From assembly GCA_963844715.1 (NCBI GenBank), contig CAWJPJ010000008.1:64001-128000 (forward strand): a stretch of 64,000 nucleotides of DNA, in the 5' to 3' direction. Below the pieces are notes generated by a model, which was not told the DNA's origin, ran no database searches, and was given only the letters and a program-made list of their open reading frames with translations. The position numbers and the translations under genes are program-made. Positions 53,869 through 63,456 of the stretch are shown here, in pieces. Origin of the DNA: an uncultured Phycisphaerales bacterium (GTDB taxonomy: Bacteria; Planctomycetota; Phycisphaerae; Tepidisphaerales; Tepidisphaeraceae). The first letter of the stretch is position 1. The number at the start of each line of letters is the position of its first letter.

Positions 53869-55352
53869 TCAACTACGATCGGCATGAAGCACAATTGGCC
53901 GCGTTACCAAACAGCCCCTATCTCGCCGGCCCTCTCTGGCCCCCAACCTCTTTCCCGTCCATCTCGACGACCGGGGCATTCCCGTCTCGCCTCGCGTACA
54001 ACTCCCCGATGGCGATGTCCTCGGAATTGGAGATCGAAACCGCCGGGCCGAGCTGATGCGCGCACGTCGACCCGCCGCAGCTTCACGTTCCGGGCGTTGC
54101 GGATGATGATGCCGGCCCGGCACATGTCCGGAATGTTCGGCGCCATCACCGGCGCCCTGCCCTTGGTGTTTTCCACATCGAGATAAACCGCGATATTGTC
54201 AAACGCCACGTCCTCCACATACATCTCCGGCAGCCCCAGCACATACCCCGCCGCGTATTTCACCCGCCGCGCCGATATATTGGAGAACCGCAGCCGCCGG
54301 AATCGCGGCGTCCCGTCATCCACCGGATGCGCCGCCTGATCCGTCACCCGGCTCGATCCCTCCGCCCCGCATTCGTAAAACAAATTTATCGACATCGGAC
54401 ACAGAACATCGTCCATCACGATATTGTCGACCCGCAGGTCTTCGATCGAGCTCCCGCGCCCCCGGCGGGATTTCAGGCGAATCCCCCGATCCGTTCCGCT
54501 GAAAACGCAATTCGAAATCGCGATATTCCGCACCCCGCCGCTCATTTCGCTCCCCATCACCACGCCCCCGTGCCCGTGCAGCATGGTGCAATTGGTGATG
54601 GTCAGGTTTTCGCACGGCCGGAGATTCGCCCGCCCATCCTCCTCCGTCCCTGATTTGATCGTCACGCAATCGTCCCCCACATCAATGTGGCAATCCGATA
54701 TGTGCACATTGCGGCACGAATCCGGATTGATCCCATCCGTGTTCGGCGAATCGCTCGGGTTGCGCACCGTGATCCGGCTGATCGTCACGTTGTCGCAAGC
54801 CGTCGGGTTCAGCGTCCAGAAGGGGGATTGCGTCAGGAAAACGCCCTCGATCAAAACATCCCGGCAATCGACCAGCCTTATCAAATTCGGCCGAACGTGC
54901 TCGAGCTTCTTCTGCCGGAACAAGTCCCACCACGGCTGCCCGCCGCCGTCCAGGGTTCCCCGGCCCGTAATCGAAACGTTCTGCAACCCCTCCCCCGCAA
55001 TCAGCGCCGCATGCATCGGCTTGACCCCGGTGCCTTCCCACTTGCTCGTCCAAAGGGGAAATGCCGCCACTTCACCGCTCCCGACGATCGCCGCTCCGCT
55101 ATCGAGGTAAAGATTGATATTGCTGCGCATCCAGAGCGTTCCCGTGAGGTACCGCCCAGCCGGAAAGAGAAGCGTCCCCCCGCCCGCCTCGGCACATTGG
55201 TCAATCGCCCGCTGGATCGCCTGCGTGCAGACGTTCGACCCGCTGGGGTCCGCCCCCGCCTCGACCACGTTCAACCACCCCCGGCTGCGATCCGGAACCG
55301 CCGTACGACCCGCCTGCTCCGGGCTGGAATGTTCAATGACGCTCATCTTCAT
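53869..55352 (-). CDS. GH28 polygalacturonase, no obvious signal peptide (3' indel)
   Basis: SPNTDGINP, GDDCVTIKSG, GHGG, RGIRLKS. Confidence 0.92.
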
Positions 55353-55832
55353 TTCCTTCCTAAGTTCGCATGGCTACTCAAATTGCCGCCAATAGTGTAA
55401 CATAGAGCACCGCCGTCAAAATGGCGCAAGCGCGTGCAAAATTCGTGCGCATTTACCGGACCATGATATAATTTTTACCAACAAGTTGCACAAATGAGTT
55501 TTTTCGGAGTGTCTCTCATCTAAAACCAAAGTTATGCGTACCTTAATACAGTGCGCCTATGTCTCGGTAGCTGGGGACGTTATCTACGAAGGGGCGGGCA
55601 GCCGCCACAGCGCCAAGACTCGGGGCAGGTGCTTGGACCGGGAGGCTTCAGAAGATGAATCCGGCAGCCATGGCGGCGGGACGGGTTGCGCGGCTCGTGA
55701 AGGCGCCGACGAACGAGGCCCGGCAGGTCGATCCGCCGGATCGGTACTTTCGTCCTCGCGCAAAGCTCGCTCCGATTCTAACTCCCAGACCAAGCCCGGC
55801 GCAACGCCGCTGCCGGCAACGGCAAACCCGGT

Positions 55833-56981
55833 ATGCGCCACGTCGCGCTCCTCATCGAAACCACCGGCGCCTACGGCCGCGGACTGCTTCGCGGCATCTC
55901 CCGATACAACCGCGAGCACGCCGGCTGGTCCGTTTACTTCCATCCCCGCGGATTGGGTCATCCCCCTCCCGAATGGCTCCGCGACTGGAAGGGCGACGGA
56001 ATTCTCGTCCGCATCGATTCTCCCGCCGTCGCCGACATGATGCTGCACTGCAAAATGCCCGTCGTGAATCTCCGCGGTCCGCGCCCGGATTTGCCCTTCC
56101 CCTTCGTCGGCGGGGATCACGCCCAGGCGGCACGCTTCGCCGCCGATCATCTCCTCGAACGCGGCCTGAGCAACTTCGGATTCTGCGGCCGGCCCGAAGG
56201 GGTCCATCCCGGTCTCGATCTTCGCGGCGCCTGTTTTCGAAACTATATCGAGGCGGCAGGATTTCCTTGCGATTTCTTCGTTCCTCCGCCCTTTACCGCC
56301 GATGATTCCTGGGAAGCCGAGCAGGAACGCCTCTCCGCTTGGATCCGCAGCGTCCCCAAGCCGATCGGAATCCTCGCCTGCAACGACGAACGAGGCCTCT
56401 ATCTTCTGGACGCCTGCCGCCGCAGCGGAGTCACCGTCCCCGATGAGGTTGCCGTCATCGGCGTCGATAACGACGAATTCATCTGCGATCTGGCCATTCC
56501 CCCTCTCACCAGCGTCGATATCAACTCCGAGGAAACCGGCTATCAGGCCGCCAAATTGCTCGATCACCTCATGGCCGGCGACGAGCCCCCGGCGCATATT
56601 CCGACCACCCCGACCCGCGGCGTCGTCACCCGCCTCTCCACCGACGTCGTCGCCAGCAACGACGATGAGGTCAATCGCGCCATCCGCTTCATCCGCGACC
56701 GAGGCAGCGACAAAATCCGCGTCATGGACGTCCTGGCCCATCTCGGCATCTCCCGCGCTTCCCTTCAGCAGCGCATGAAAAGGGTCGTCGGACGCACTAT
56801 TCACGAGGAAATCGAACGCATGCGCCTCGCCCGGGTCAAGGAAATGCTCGTCAAACCCGACATGACGATCAAGCAAATTGCCCGCGAAACCGGCTTTTCC
56901 AGCGTCCAATACCTCACCCGTGTCTTCCGCGCCGCCGTCGGCGAAACCCCGGCCAGGTTTAGGAATCGCCGCGACAAATAG
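55833..56981 (+). CDS. XylR-type regulator (periplasmic-binding fold plus AraC HTH)
   Basis: VALLIET..YGRGLLRGI, VPDEVAVIGVDND, IARETGF...YLTRVF. Confidence 0.9.
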   Translation: MRHVALLIETTGAYGRGLLRGISRYNREHAGWSVYFHPRGLGHPPPEWLRDWKGDGILVRIDSPAVADMMLHCKMPVVNLRGPRPDLPFPFVGGDHAQAARFAADHLLERGLSNFGFCGRPEGVHPGLDLRGACFRNYIEAAGFPCDFFVPPPFTADDSWEAEQERLSAWIRSVPKPIGILACNDERGLYLLDACRRSGVTVPDEVAVIGVDNDEFICDLAIPPLTSVDINSEETGYQAAKLLDHLMAGDEPPAHIPTTPTRGVVTRLSTDVVASNDDEVNRAIRFIRDRGSDKIRVMDVLAHLGISRASLQQRMKRVVGRTIHEEIERMRLARVKEMLVKPDMTIKQIARETGFSSVQYLTRVFRAAVGETPARFRNRRDK

Positions 56982-57079
56982 CTGCTTTTCGGGTATTTAT
57001 TATGGCTCAAACGCGGAACCTCGGCGACGAAGCCGAATTCGCGCGTTCTGGCGGAAAAAATATCTAAGGAGTCAACCTA

Positions 57080-58448
57080 ATGTTTTCACGATCCAACCGA
57101 TTTCTCGCATTTGTGGGAGCCGCCGCGGCTGTGCGCTGCGCAGGCGGGCTCAATCGCCCGCGCCGACGACGCCACCACCCAGCCCACCATCCCCGCGCCC
57201 AACATCCCCGACAAGACCTTCAGCATCGCCGACTACGGCGCCGTCGGAGATGGCACAACCATGAACACCGACGCCATCACCAAGGCCATCGCCGCCTGTT
57301 CCGCCGCCGGCGGCGGAACCGTCCTTGTCCCGGCGGGAAATTTCCTCACCGGCGCCTTCTCCCTTGTCAGCAGCATGGATCTCAAGATCGATCAGGGAGC
57401 CACGCTCACCTTCAGCAACGACCCCACCATTTACCCCGTTTCCGAAGACTCCAGCCATGAAAGCAGCGAAGGCAACGGCAAACGCTATCAGAACTTCATC
57501 GAGGGAGATAATCTCCACGACATCGCCATCACCGGCGCCGGCACCATCGACGGCCAGGGCGTCAAGTGGTGGCTCGCCTTCCTCCCCTTCAAGAAAAAAA
57601 TGCACGACCCCGCGGCCCCGCCGCATCGTCCGCTCCTCATCAGCCTCAAGAATTGCCAGCGCGTGGATGTTGAAGGCGTCACCCTTCATAACTCCCCCAT
57701 GTTCCATCTCGTGCCCCAGGCCTGTCAGGACGTTCTCATTTCCGGATTGACGATCACCGCCTCCCCGACATCCCCCAACACCGACGGCATCGATCCCTCC
57801 GGCAGCAACTACCTCATCAAGGACTGCACCATCGATACCGGCGACGACAACATCGCCCTCAAACCCGTCCATGGCGCCATCGAAGGGCATCCCGCCTGCG
57901 AGAATTTCTATATCACCGACATCCACTGCAAGTCCGGCCACGGAATCTCCATCGGCGGCCAAACGAATGGCAGCCTCAAGGGCTTGATCGTCCGTAACTG
58001 CACCTTCGAAGGCACCGACAACGGCATCCGCATGAAAGCCCCCCGCGGCCAGGGCGGAACCGTCGAGGACGTCACCTACGACAACATCACCATGGAAGAC
58101 GTCAAGCACGCCATCTCCATCAGCAGCTTCTATCCCCTCCCCAAGAGCGATGACGTCTTCGACGAGATCAAGCCCATCGATGCCAAAACCCCCATCTGGA
58201 AGGACATCACCATCAATAACGTGACCGCCACCGACTGTGGCGCCGCCGGCGAAATCTTCGGCACCGGCGAATCCCACATCACCAACCTCACCCTCAACAA
58301 CGTCAAAATCGCGGCGCGGAGTGCCCTCCGCATCGCCAACGCCGATGGCGTCAAGTTCGTCAATTGTGAAATCGATGTGGCTCAAGGTCCCGCCGTGGTT
58401 CTGACCAACGCCACAATCGTTGGCCTCGACCCGCAGACCGGCAAATAG
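57080..58448 (+). CDS. Secreted GH28 polygalacturonase (indel in signal peptide)
   Basis: YGAVGDG, SPNTDGID, GDDNIALK, GHGISIG, GIRMK. Confidence 0.92.
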
Positions 58449-58475
58449 ATCGAACTTCACATCCGCTTTTCCCTG

Positions 58476-58508
58476 GCGGCGGCGCGAATCTCGCGCCGCC
58501 GCTTTTTT
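58476..58508 (+). terminator. Rho-independent terminator
   Basis: gcggcggcgcga-atc-tcgcgccgccgc followed by T6. Confidence 0.8.
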
Positions 58509-58648
58509 GTTTTGAACTCCCCCTCGCGCGGACCTCGCCGATCACCCCCGCGCCCGGTCTTCCGATAGTTTCCGCAGGATCGGGAGGGGATCGGCAGCGC
58601 AAAAAACTCGCCTCCCCGCTATTCATCGAATAGGTTAATCTCCCCCCA

Positions 58649-59161
58649 ATGCCCCGATTCACCCGAACCTCCTCCGGCTACTACCGCCCCAAAAACTGCA
58701 CCATCGTCGGCGATTGCCTCATCGGCGAAGCCACCAGCGTCTGGTTCGGAGCCGTCATCCGCGGCGACGTCGCCCCCGTCCGCATCGGCCGCCGAGTCAG
58801 CGTCCAGGACAACGTCGTCATCCATTGCGATACCGGTATCCCCAATACCATCGAAGACGATGTCGTCATCGGACACGCCGCCGTCGTCCACGGCAAACAC
58901 GTCGGCTTCGGCTCCCTCATCGGCATGAGCGCCACCCTCCTCAGCCGCACCGTCGTCGGCCGTGAATGCCTCATCGGCGCCGGCGCCGTCCTCCCCCCCG
59001 GCCTAGTCGTCCCCGACCGCTCCCTCGTCGTCGGCGTCCCCGGCAAGATTGTCCGCCAGGTTACCGACGAGGAACTGAAATACATGCGGTGGCTAACCAG
59101 CACATATCTAGACCTCGCCCGGCGATACGAATCCGGCGAGTTCGATTCCGATCCCGATTAA
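58649..59161 (+). CDS. Gamma carbonic anhydrase family protein
   Basis: SVWFGAVIRGD, VQDNVVIH, IGHAAVVHG. Confidence 0.9.
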   Translation: MPRFTRTSSGYYRPKNCTIVGDCLIGEATSVWFGAVIRGDVAPVRIGRRVSVQDNVVIHCDTGIPNTIEDDVVIGHAAVVHGKHVGFGSLIGMSATLLSRTVVGRECLIGAGAVLPPGLVVPDRSLVVGVPGKIVRQVTDEELKYMRWLTSTYLDLARRYESGEFDSDPD

Positions 59162-59184
59162 ATCCCTGCGCGCTCTGCACTTAT

Positions 59185-59264
59185 CCCCTCTCCCTGTACT
59201 CGGGGAGAGCACTCCCTGTCCCAATTTCCGCCAGTTTCGGCACGATGGGTGAGGGGCCGGTCCG
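59185..59264. repeat. REP-like element with internal insert, copy 2
   Basis: cccctctccctgtactcggggagag-[insert]-gggtgaggggccggtccg. Confidence 0.7.
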
Positions 59265-59608
59265 GGAGGAGCCGTTCATTTACCGTCTCCAATATATAGG
59301 TAGACGAGGGTCCGTTGCGCGCCATTCCCCTATTCCTACCGTGGGAAATTAGGAAATTCGTTGAAAATCCCACGCCCGTTTTGGTATCTTTTCGTAGCCG
59401 GTTAACTTCACCTCGCCGGCAACGGGGCAGTGTGTGCGGTCATGTCTGAGAGTCGTCCAATCTTCTCATCGGTTGTTGTTTCCAAGGGTGGATTGCCGCC
59501 ACGCCTTTCCTTGTCTATCGGTGATTCATTTCTCCATCTGTCATCGGCGCGGTCCCGGGCCTCACATCTCCCCCGGATCTCGCTCGATTTGGTTTAGGGA
59601 GGACGGTC

Positions 59609-59848
59609 ATGATCAACGGCACCGTCAAGTGGTTCGATTCCAAGAAGGGTTTCGGCTTTATCCTCAATCCCGAGGGAACCGACGTTTTCGTCCATTTCAG
59701 CAGTATCATGGGCGACGGCTTCCGGTCCCTTAAGGACGGGGAACAGGTCGAATTCGAGCAAGTCGCCGGAGCCAAAGGGCTTTCGGCGCATTCGGTTCGC
59801 CGCCTCGAGGCGCAGCACGCCGCGTCCCGATTAAATGTTGGCGTCTAA
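59609..59848 (+). CDS. Cold-shock domain protein
   Basis: [22 protein letters not shown]. Confidence 0.95.
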   Translation: MINGTVKWFDSKKGFGFILNPEGTDVFVHFSSIMGDGFRSLKDGEQVEFEQVAGAKGLSAHSVRRLEAQHAASRLNVGV

Positions 59849-59866
59849 ACCGCTACAGTATCGGGC

Positions 59867-60709
59867 GTGAATCCATTTGCATCCGGTTTGCTGATCGGCT
59901 TGGCCGTCGGCGCGGCTGGCGTTGCCGTCTTCGCAGCCGTCTCCCTACGCCGAATCCGCGCCTGGCGAATCCATCTAAAAGGAACGCTCCAGCGCATCCG
60001 CGCCGCCCGAAAAAAACTCCGCGCCCGCGCCGCCCAGGCCGAGCGCCTCGCCGAATTAGGCACCCTCACCGGCGGCCTCGCCCACGAAATCGAAAATCCC
60101 CTCTCCACCGTCCAGCTCAATCTCCAGCTTCTCCAGGAGGACATTGACCCTACCAATCCCGCCTATTCGCGCGTCGCCCACCGCCTGCAAACCGTAGAGC
60201 GAGAAGCCGGCCGCCTCCGCGACATCCTCGAGGATTTCCTCCGTTTCGCCGGCAAGATCGAACTCCGCCGCAAGGAAGTCGATTTGAATTCCATCCTCGA
60301 GCAGCTAGCCGATTTCTTCGCCCCCCAGACGCAACTGAACAAAGTCCAGCTCCGCTTCAAACCCAGCCCCCACCCCCTGTTCGTCTCGGTCGATGAGCGC
60401 CTAATCAAACAGGCAATTTTGAATCTGATGATCAACGCCCTACAAGCCATGACCGCTGGCGGCGAACTGATCCTGGCCGCCTCCACCCACTCCCCTTGGG
60501 CCGTCATAGACGTAATCGACACCGGCCCCGGCGTCCCCCGCGAGCAAGCCGAAAAAATCTTCCAAGCCTACTACTCCACAAAAAAAGGCGGCACCGGCCT
60601 CGGCCTCGCCATGACCAGAAGAATCATAGAAGAACACGGCGGCCAAATCGGCGTCACCAGCGAACCCAACAAGGGATCAGATTTCTTCATAAAATTACCC
60701 CTAAAATGA
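59867..60709 (+). CDS. Sensor histidine kinase (single TM, NtrB-like)
   Basis: LAHEI.NPL, NLMINA, DTGPG, GGTGLGL. Confidence 0.93.
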   Translation: MNPFASGLLIGLAVGAAGVAVFAAVSLRRIRAWRIHLKGTLQRIRAARKKLRARAAQAERLAELGTLTGGLAHEIENPLSTVQLNLQLLQEDIDPTNPAYSRVAHRLQTVEREAGRLRDILEDFLRFAGKIELRRKEVDLNSILEQLADFFAPQTQLNKVQLRFKPSPHPLFVSVDERLIKQAILNLMINALQAMTAGGELILAASTHSPWAVIDVIDTGPGVPREQAEKIFQAYYSTKKGGTGLGLAMTRRIIEEHGGQIGVTSEPNKGSDFFIKLPLK

Positions 60710-60785
60710 TCCGTCCGGCCCTAAAACAATCCAACGATCCCCCCCCCAAAAAAAATTTGGCCATTTCCCCGCCCCCCGATATCCT

Positions 60786-60853
60786 ATGAAAATCTCAAAT
60801 ATGAAATCTCAAATATGAAAATCTGAAATTTGAAATCTGAAATTTGAAATTTC
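60786..60853. repeat. Tandem heptamer array (TGAAATC/TCAAATA-like)
   Basis: tgaaaatctcaaatatgaaatctcaaatatgaaaatctgaaatttgaaatctgaaatttgaaatttc; same unit inside the next gene at 61147-61178. Confidence 0.85.
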
Positions 60854-60870
60854 CAATCCGAAAGGCCCCC

Positions 60871-61401
60871 ATGACCTACCAGCGCTTCGAAGACGTCCCC
60901 GTATGGCAGGCCGGCCTAGAACTAGCCGAAAAAATCTTCACGCTGACAACGGATCTACTCTTCGTAGGCCAAGGCGACCTCGCCAATCAACTTCAGCGCG
61001 CCGCTCTCTCCATTCCCAACAATATCGCCGAGGGATTCGAATGCGGATCGACCTCTCAGTTGATTGCATTCCTCTATTACGCCCGCGGCTCCGCTGGAGA
61101 AGTGCGATCCATCTTCTGCCTGCTGGAACGCATGCCCAGGTTCGCCAATCTCAAATCTCAAATCTCAGATCTAAAATCCGCCGCCGAATCCTGTTCGCGC
61201 CAATTGCGTGCCTGGGCCGACCACCTCCAAAACACCCAAATCAAGGGCCCGCGCCATCTCAACGACGTTTCCCGCGCCCGCTACGACCAATCCCGCCGTT
61301 CCGACGCCTTTCGCCAAAAACTACAAGACCTCCGCGCCGGCGTGGCCAGACCGAGTAACCAGATGTCCATGCCAGACCGGAAAGAATCAGAAGACTCCTA
61401 A
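60871..61401 (+). CDS. Four-helix-bundle protein (23S rRNA intervening-sequence protein family)
   Basis: FEDVPVWQ, QLQRAALSIPNNIAEGF, FLYYARGSAGEVRS. Confidence 0.9.
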   Translation: MTYQRFEDVPVWQAGLELAEKIFTLTTDLLFVGQGDLANQLQRAALSIPNNIAEGFECGSTSQLIAFLYYARGSAGEVRSIFCLLERMPRFANLKSQISDLKSAAESCSRQLRAWADHLQNTQIKGPRHLNDVSRARYDQSRRSDAFRQKLQDLRAGVARPSNQMSMPDRKESEDS

Positions 61402-61417
61402 ATCCCGCCAAAACGCC

Positions 61418-61537
61418 GGCACCGGCCTCGGTCTGGCCATGACCCTAAGAATCACAGAAGAACACGGCGGCCAAATCGGCGTCACCAGCGAACCCAGCAA
61501 AGGATCGGATTTCTTCATCAAATTGCCCATGCTTTGA
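61418..61537 (+). repeat. Diverged direct copy of the last 120 bp of the histidine kinase gene (60590-60709)
   Basis: Ungapped manual alignment, 105/120 identical, stop codon in the same position. Confidence 0.95.
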
Positions 61538-61602
61538 AAGCGTGAAGACGGTTAGCCGCCAGCCCGCCCGCGGGTAGACTCCGAACGCGACCAAAGAGTT
61601 AA

Positions 61603-61682
61603 CCCGCGGCTTTCACGGATGGCACGGATGAAATCCCAAAATGACCTTGTCTTCATCCGCGTTAATCCGTGAAATCCGCGGT
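61603..61682. repeat. CACGGAT-type inverted repeat, copy 2
   Basis: ccgcggctttcacggatggcacggatg ... catccgcgttaatccgtgaaatccgcgg. Confidence 0.8.
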
Positions 61683-61791
61683 CAAAAATCCGTATTTAAT
61701 TTGTTACGATTCGACAAGATTCGAACCGTGCGGAAAATGCGACAGCAAAAATTGGTGACAGCGTCTCACCTTTACTAGACGAGGCCGTACT

Positions 61792-62274
61792 ATGACTACT
61801 CCCAACGAAGTCTTCCACCGTGCCCTATCCAAACTCCTCCAAGAAATCTTCAACGGCCCGCCCACCCAGGAAGCCTATATCCTAAACCCCGGCGATCCCG
61901 GCCTCCTCGGCCAGCTTGAATCGATCGACGCTGCCAAAGCCTCCTCTCGCCCCATGCCCGGCAAGACCACCATCGCCGCCCATGCCGATCACATTCACTT
62001 CGGCCTTTCCCTCCTCAACCGCTGGGCCGCCGGCGAACCCAACCCCTGGGCCGACGCCGACTGGAACGCCAGTTGGCAACGCACCATCGTGACCGAGGAT
62101 CAGTGGCGAACCCTTCGCAACAATCTCCGCCGCGAGGCAGAGTCATGGCGAAAGGCAGTCGCCGCCCGTTCCGATTGGGACGACCTCGCCGCCGCCGGCG
62201 CCCTCTCCAGCCTCGCCCACACCGCCTACCACCTCGGCTCCATCCGCCAAATTCTCGCCGCGATCAACAAATGA
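61792..62274 (+). CDS. DinB superfamily protein
   Basis: TIAAHADH, AHTAYHLGSIRQ. Confidence 0.8.
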   Translation: MTTPNEVFHRALSKLLQEIFNGPPTQEAYILNPGDPGLLGQLESIDAAKASSRPMPGKTTIAAHADHIHFGLSLLNRWAAGEPNPWADADWNASWQRTIVTEDQWRTLRNNLRREAESWRKAVAARSDWDDLAAAGALSSLAHTAYHLGSIRQILAAINK

Positions 62275-62290
62275 AACGGAGGCAAAGCAC

Positions 62291-62716
62291 ATGGCCCAAT
62301 GGAGACGCGCTGCTATCGAACATTTGCCCGAACTGCGCCAGAAAATTGCCGCGGCCGACAGCATTATGGCGTTATGGATTGAGATTCACGGCGCATTCGA
62401 GAAGGCCTACCGCGAACCCCGCAATGAGGACCTCATAGCGCGCATCTATGCCTTCGCTCGATGGTGCTGGCACGCCCCTCGGAATGAAGATCCCGGCCGC
62501 GATCCATCCACAGCCGCGACCGTCGCGTTTCTTGAGCACATTCCCGGAATCCCCGCCGCCCGCGAAGACATGCCGCGATGGTTTACGTTCGATGAGATCG
62601 CCGCCGCTAAAAGCATCTTCGTCTACTCGTTGGGGGAGATCGCGTATAAGGAATTGCTCGCCCACATGCAGAGAAACAAGCACCAGCATTCAAAGCACCC
62701 CAGACTCCTCCCTTAG
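62291..62716 (+). CDS. Hypothetical protein
   Basis: SD ggagg; 141 aa helical, IYAFARWC, VAFLEH. Confidence 0.7.
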   Translation: MAQWRRAAIEHLPELRQKIAAADSIMALWIEIHGAFEKAYREPRNEDLIARIYAFARWCWHAPRNEDPGRDPSTAATVAFLEHIPGIPAAREDMPRWFTFDEIAAAKSIFVYSLGEIAYKELLAHMQRNKHQHSKHPRLLP

Positions 62717-63329
62717 CCCGCGCCCGTGCGACGTGCCGCCGCTTACTTACACCCGCAACCGACTCGCAGGTGCTGCATTTTCCGCCTCCGGACGGTTTGA
62801 GGGGAAGGAAAGAGGGCCTCTGCACCCGCCGCCGCAGGCGGCAACTCCCAACCCTCCCCTTGCAAACGGATCACTCGAACCGCAGCAGGCCAGCCAGCCG
62901 TCCTCGCATCGGCAACCCGCTCTCGAATTCGAGCCGGTTGACCCGATCGGAACGAACGCTATGACCGACAAAAAAAATAACAAATCACAAAAAATGCATA
63001 TTTCGCCACCGCCCGCGACCTACCCGTCAAATCCCGCGCCCAAATATAATTACAAAAAATCAGCCCACACAAAAATTCAAAAAATGACCTTGCATGAATT
63101 TCAATTTAATTTCCGATTTTCAGTCCCTTTTTGCCAAAATCCTGCTCCACCCTCCGAAGCCTGCGCAATCTGGGCAATCCACACAATGTATGTTCAATAT
63201 TCATCAACCCCCGCAACCCCGTTACAGCAAAAGACTTCCCCCAAAAAACCCCCCAATATCGGTTCGAACCGAAAGCCCTAGGAAAAATAATTACCCCACC
63301 CTTTTTCCGAATTCGATTTATTTTCCCCC

Positions 63330-63440
63330 GCCCTGAGCCCTGTCGAAGGGCCCGCCCTTGTTCCCAATCTTAATCCTAATCCTCCCCCCGAAGCCCAAAT
63401 CAAGCACCGATTAAGATTATGATTACGATTAAGATTACGA
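63330..63440. repeat. REP-like GCCCTGAGCCCTGTCGAAGGGC plus inverted hexamer arrays
   Basis: aatcttaatcctaatcct faces gattaagattatgattacgattaagattacga. Confidence 0.7.
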
Positions 63441-63456
63441 GCAGGAAGAAGGGAAA

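Noticed and set aside
898..58448. About 20 frameshifted genes as true pseudogenes or programmed frameshifts
   Set aside because: Single-base indels are scattered through unrelated housekeeping genes without accumulated stop codons, typical of long-read consensus error. Only the IS630 and IS5 shifts fit known programmed frameshifting.
59340..59608. Novel ncRNA upstream of csp
   Set aside because: Long 5' UTRs are normal for cold-shock genes, and a plausible promoter (TTGAAA...TATCTT) explains it.
60786..60853. CRISPR array (also considered for 6219-6346 and 16760-16950)
   Set aside because: These are short tandem, inverted or coding repeats with no constant repeat/unique spacer pattern and no cas genes.
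60590..61537. Canonical diversity-generating retroelement
   Set aside because: No reverse transcriptase in the window, 6 of 15 differences are not at adenines of the in-gene copy, the adenines are in the coding copy, and the target is a kinase ATPase domain. Kept as a non-canonical finding.
62920..63030. Group II intron 3' end (gagccg... and cctacccg)
   Set aside because: No proper domain V hairpin, wrong spacing, and no intron RT.
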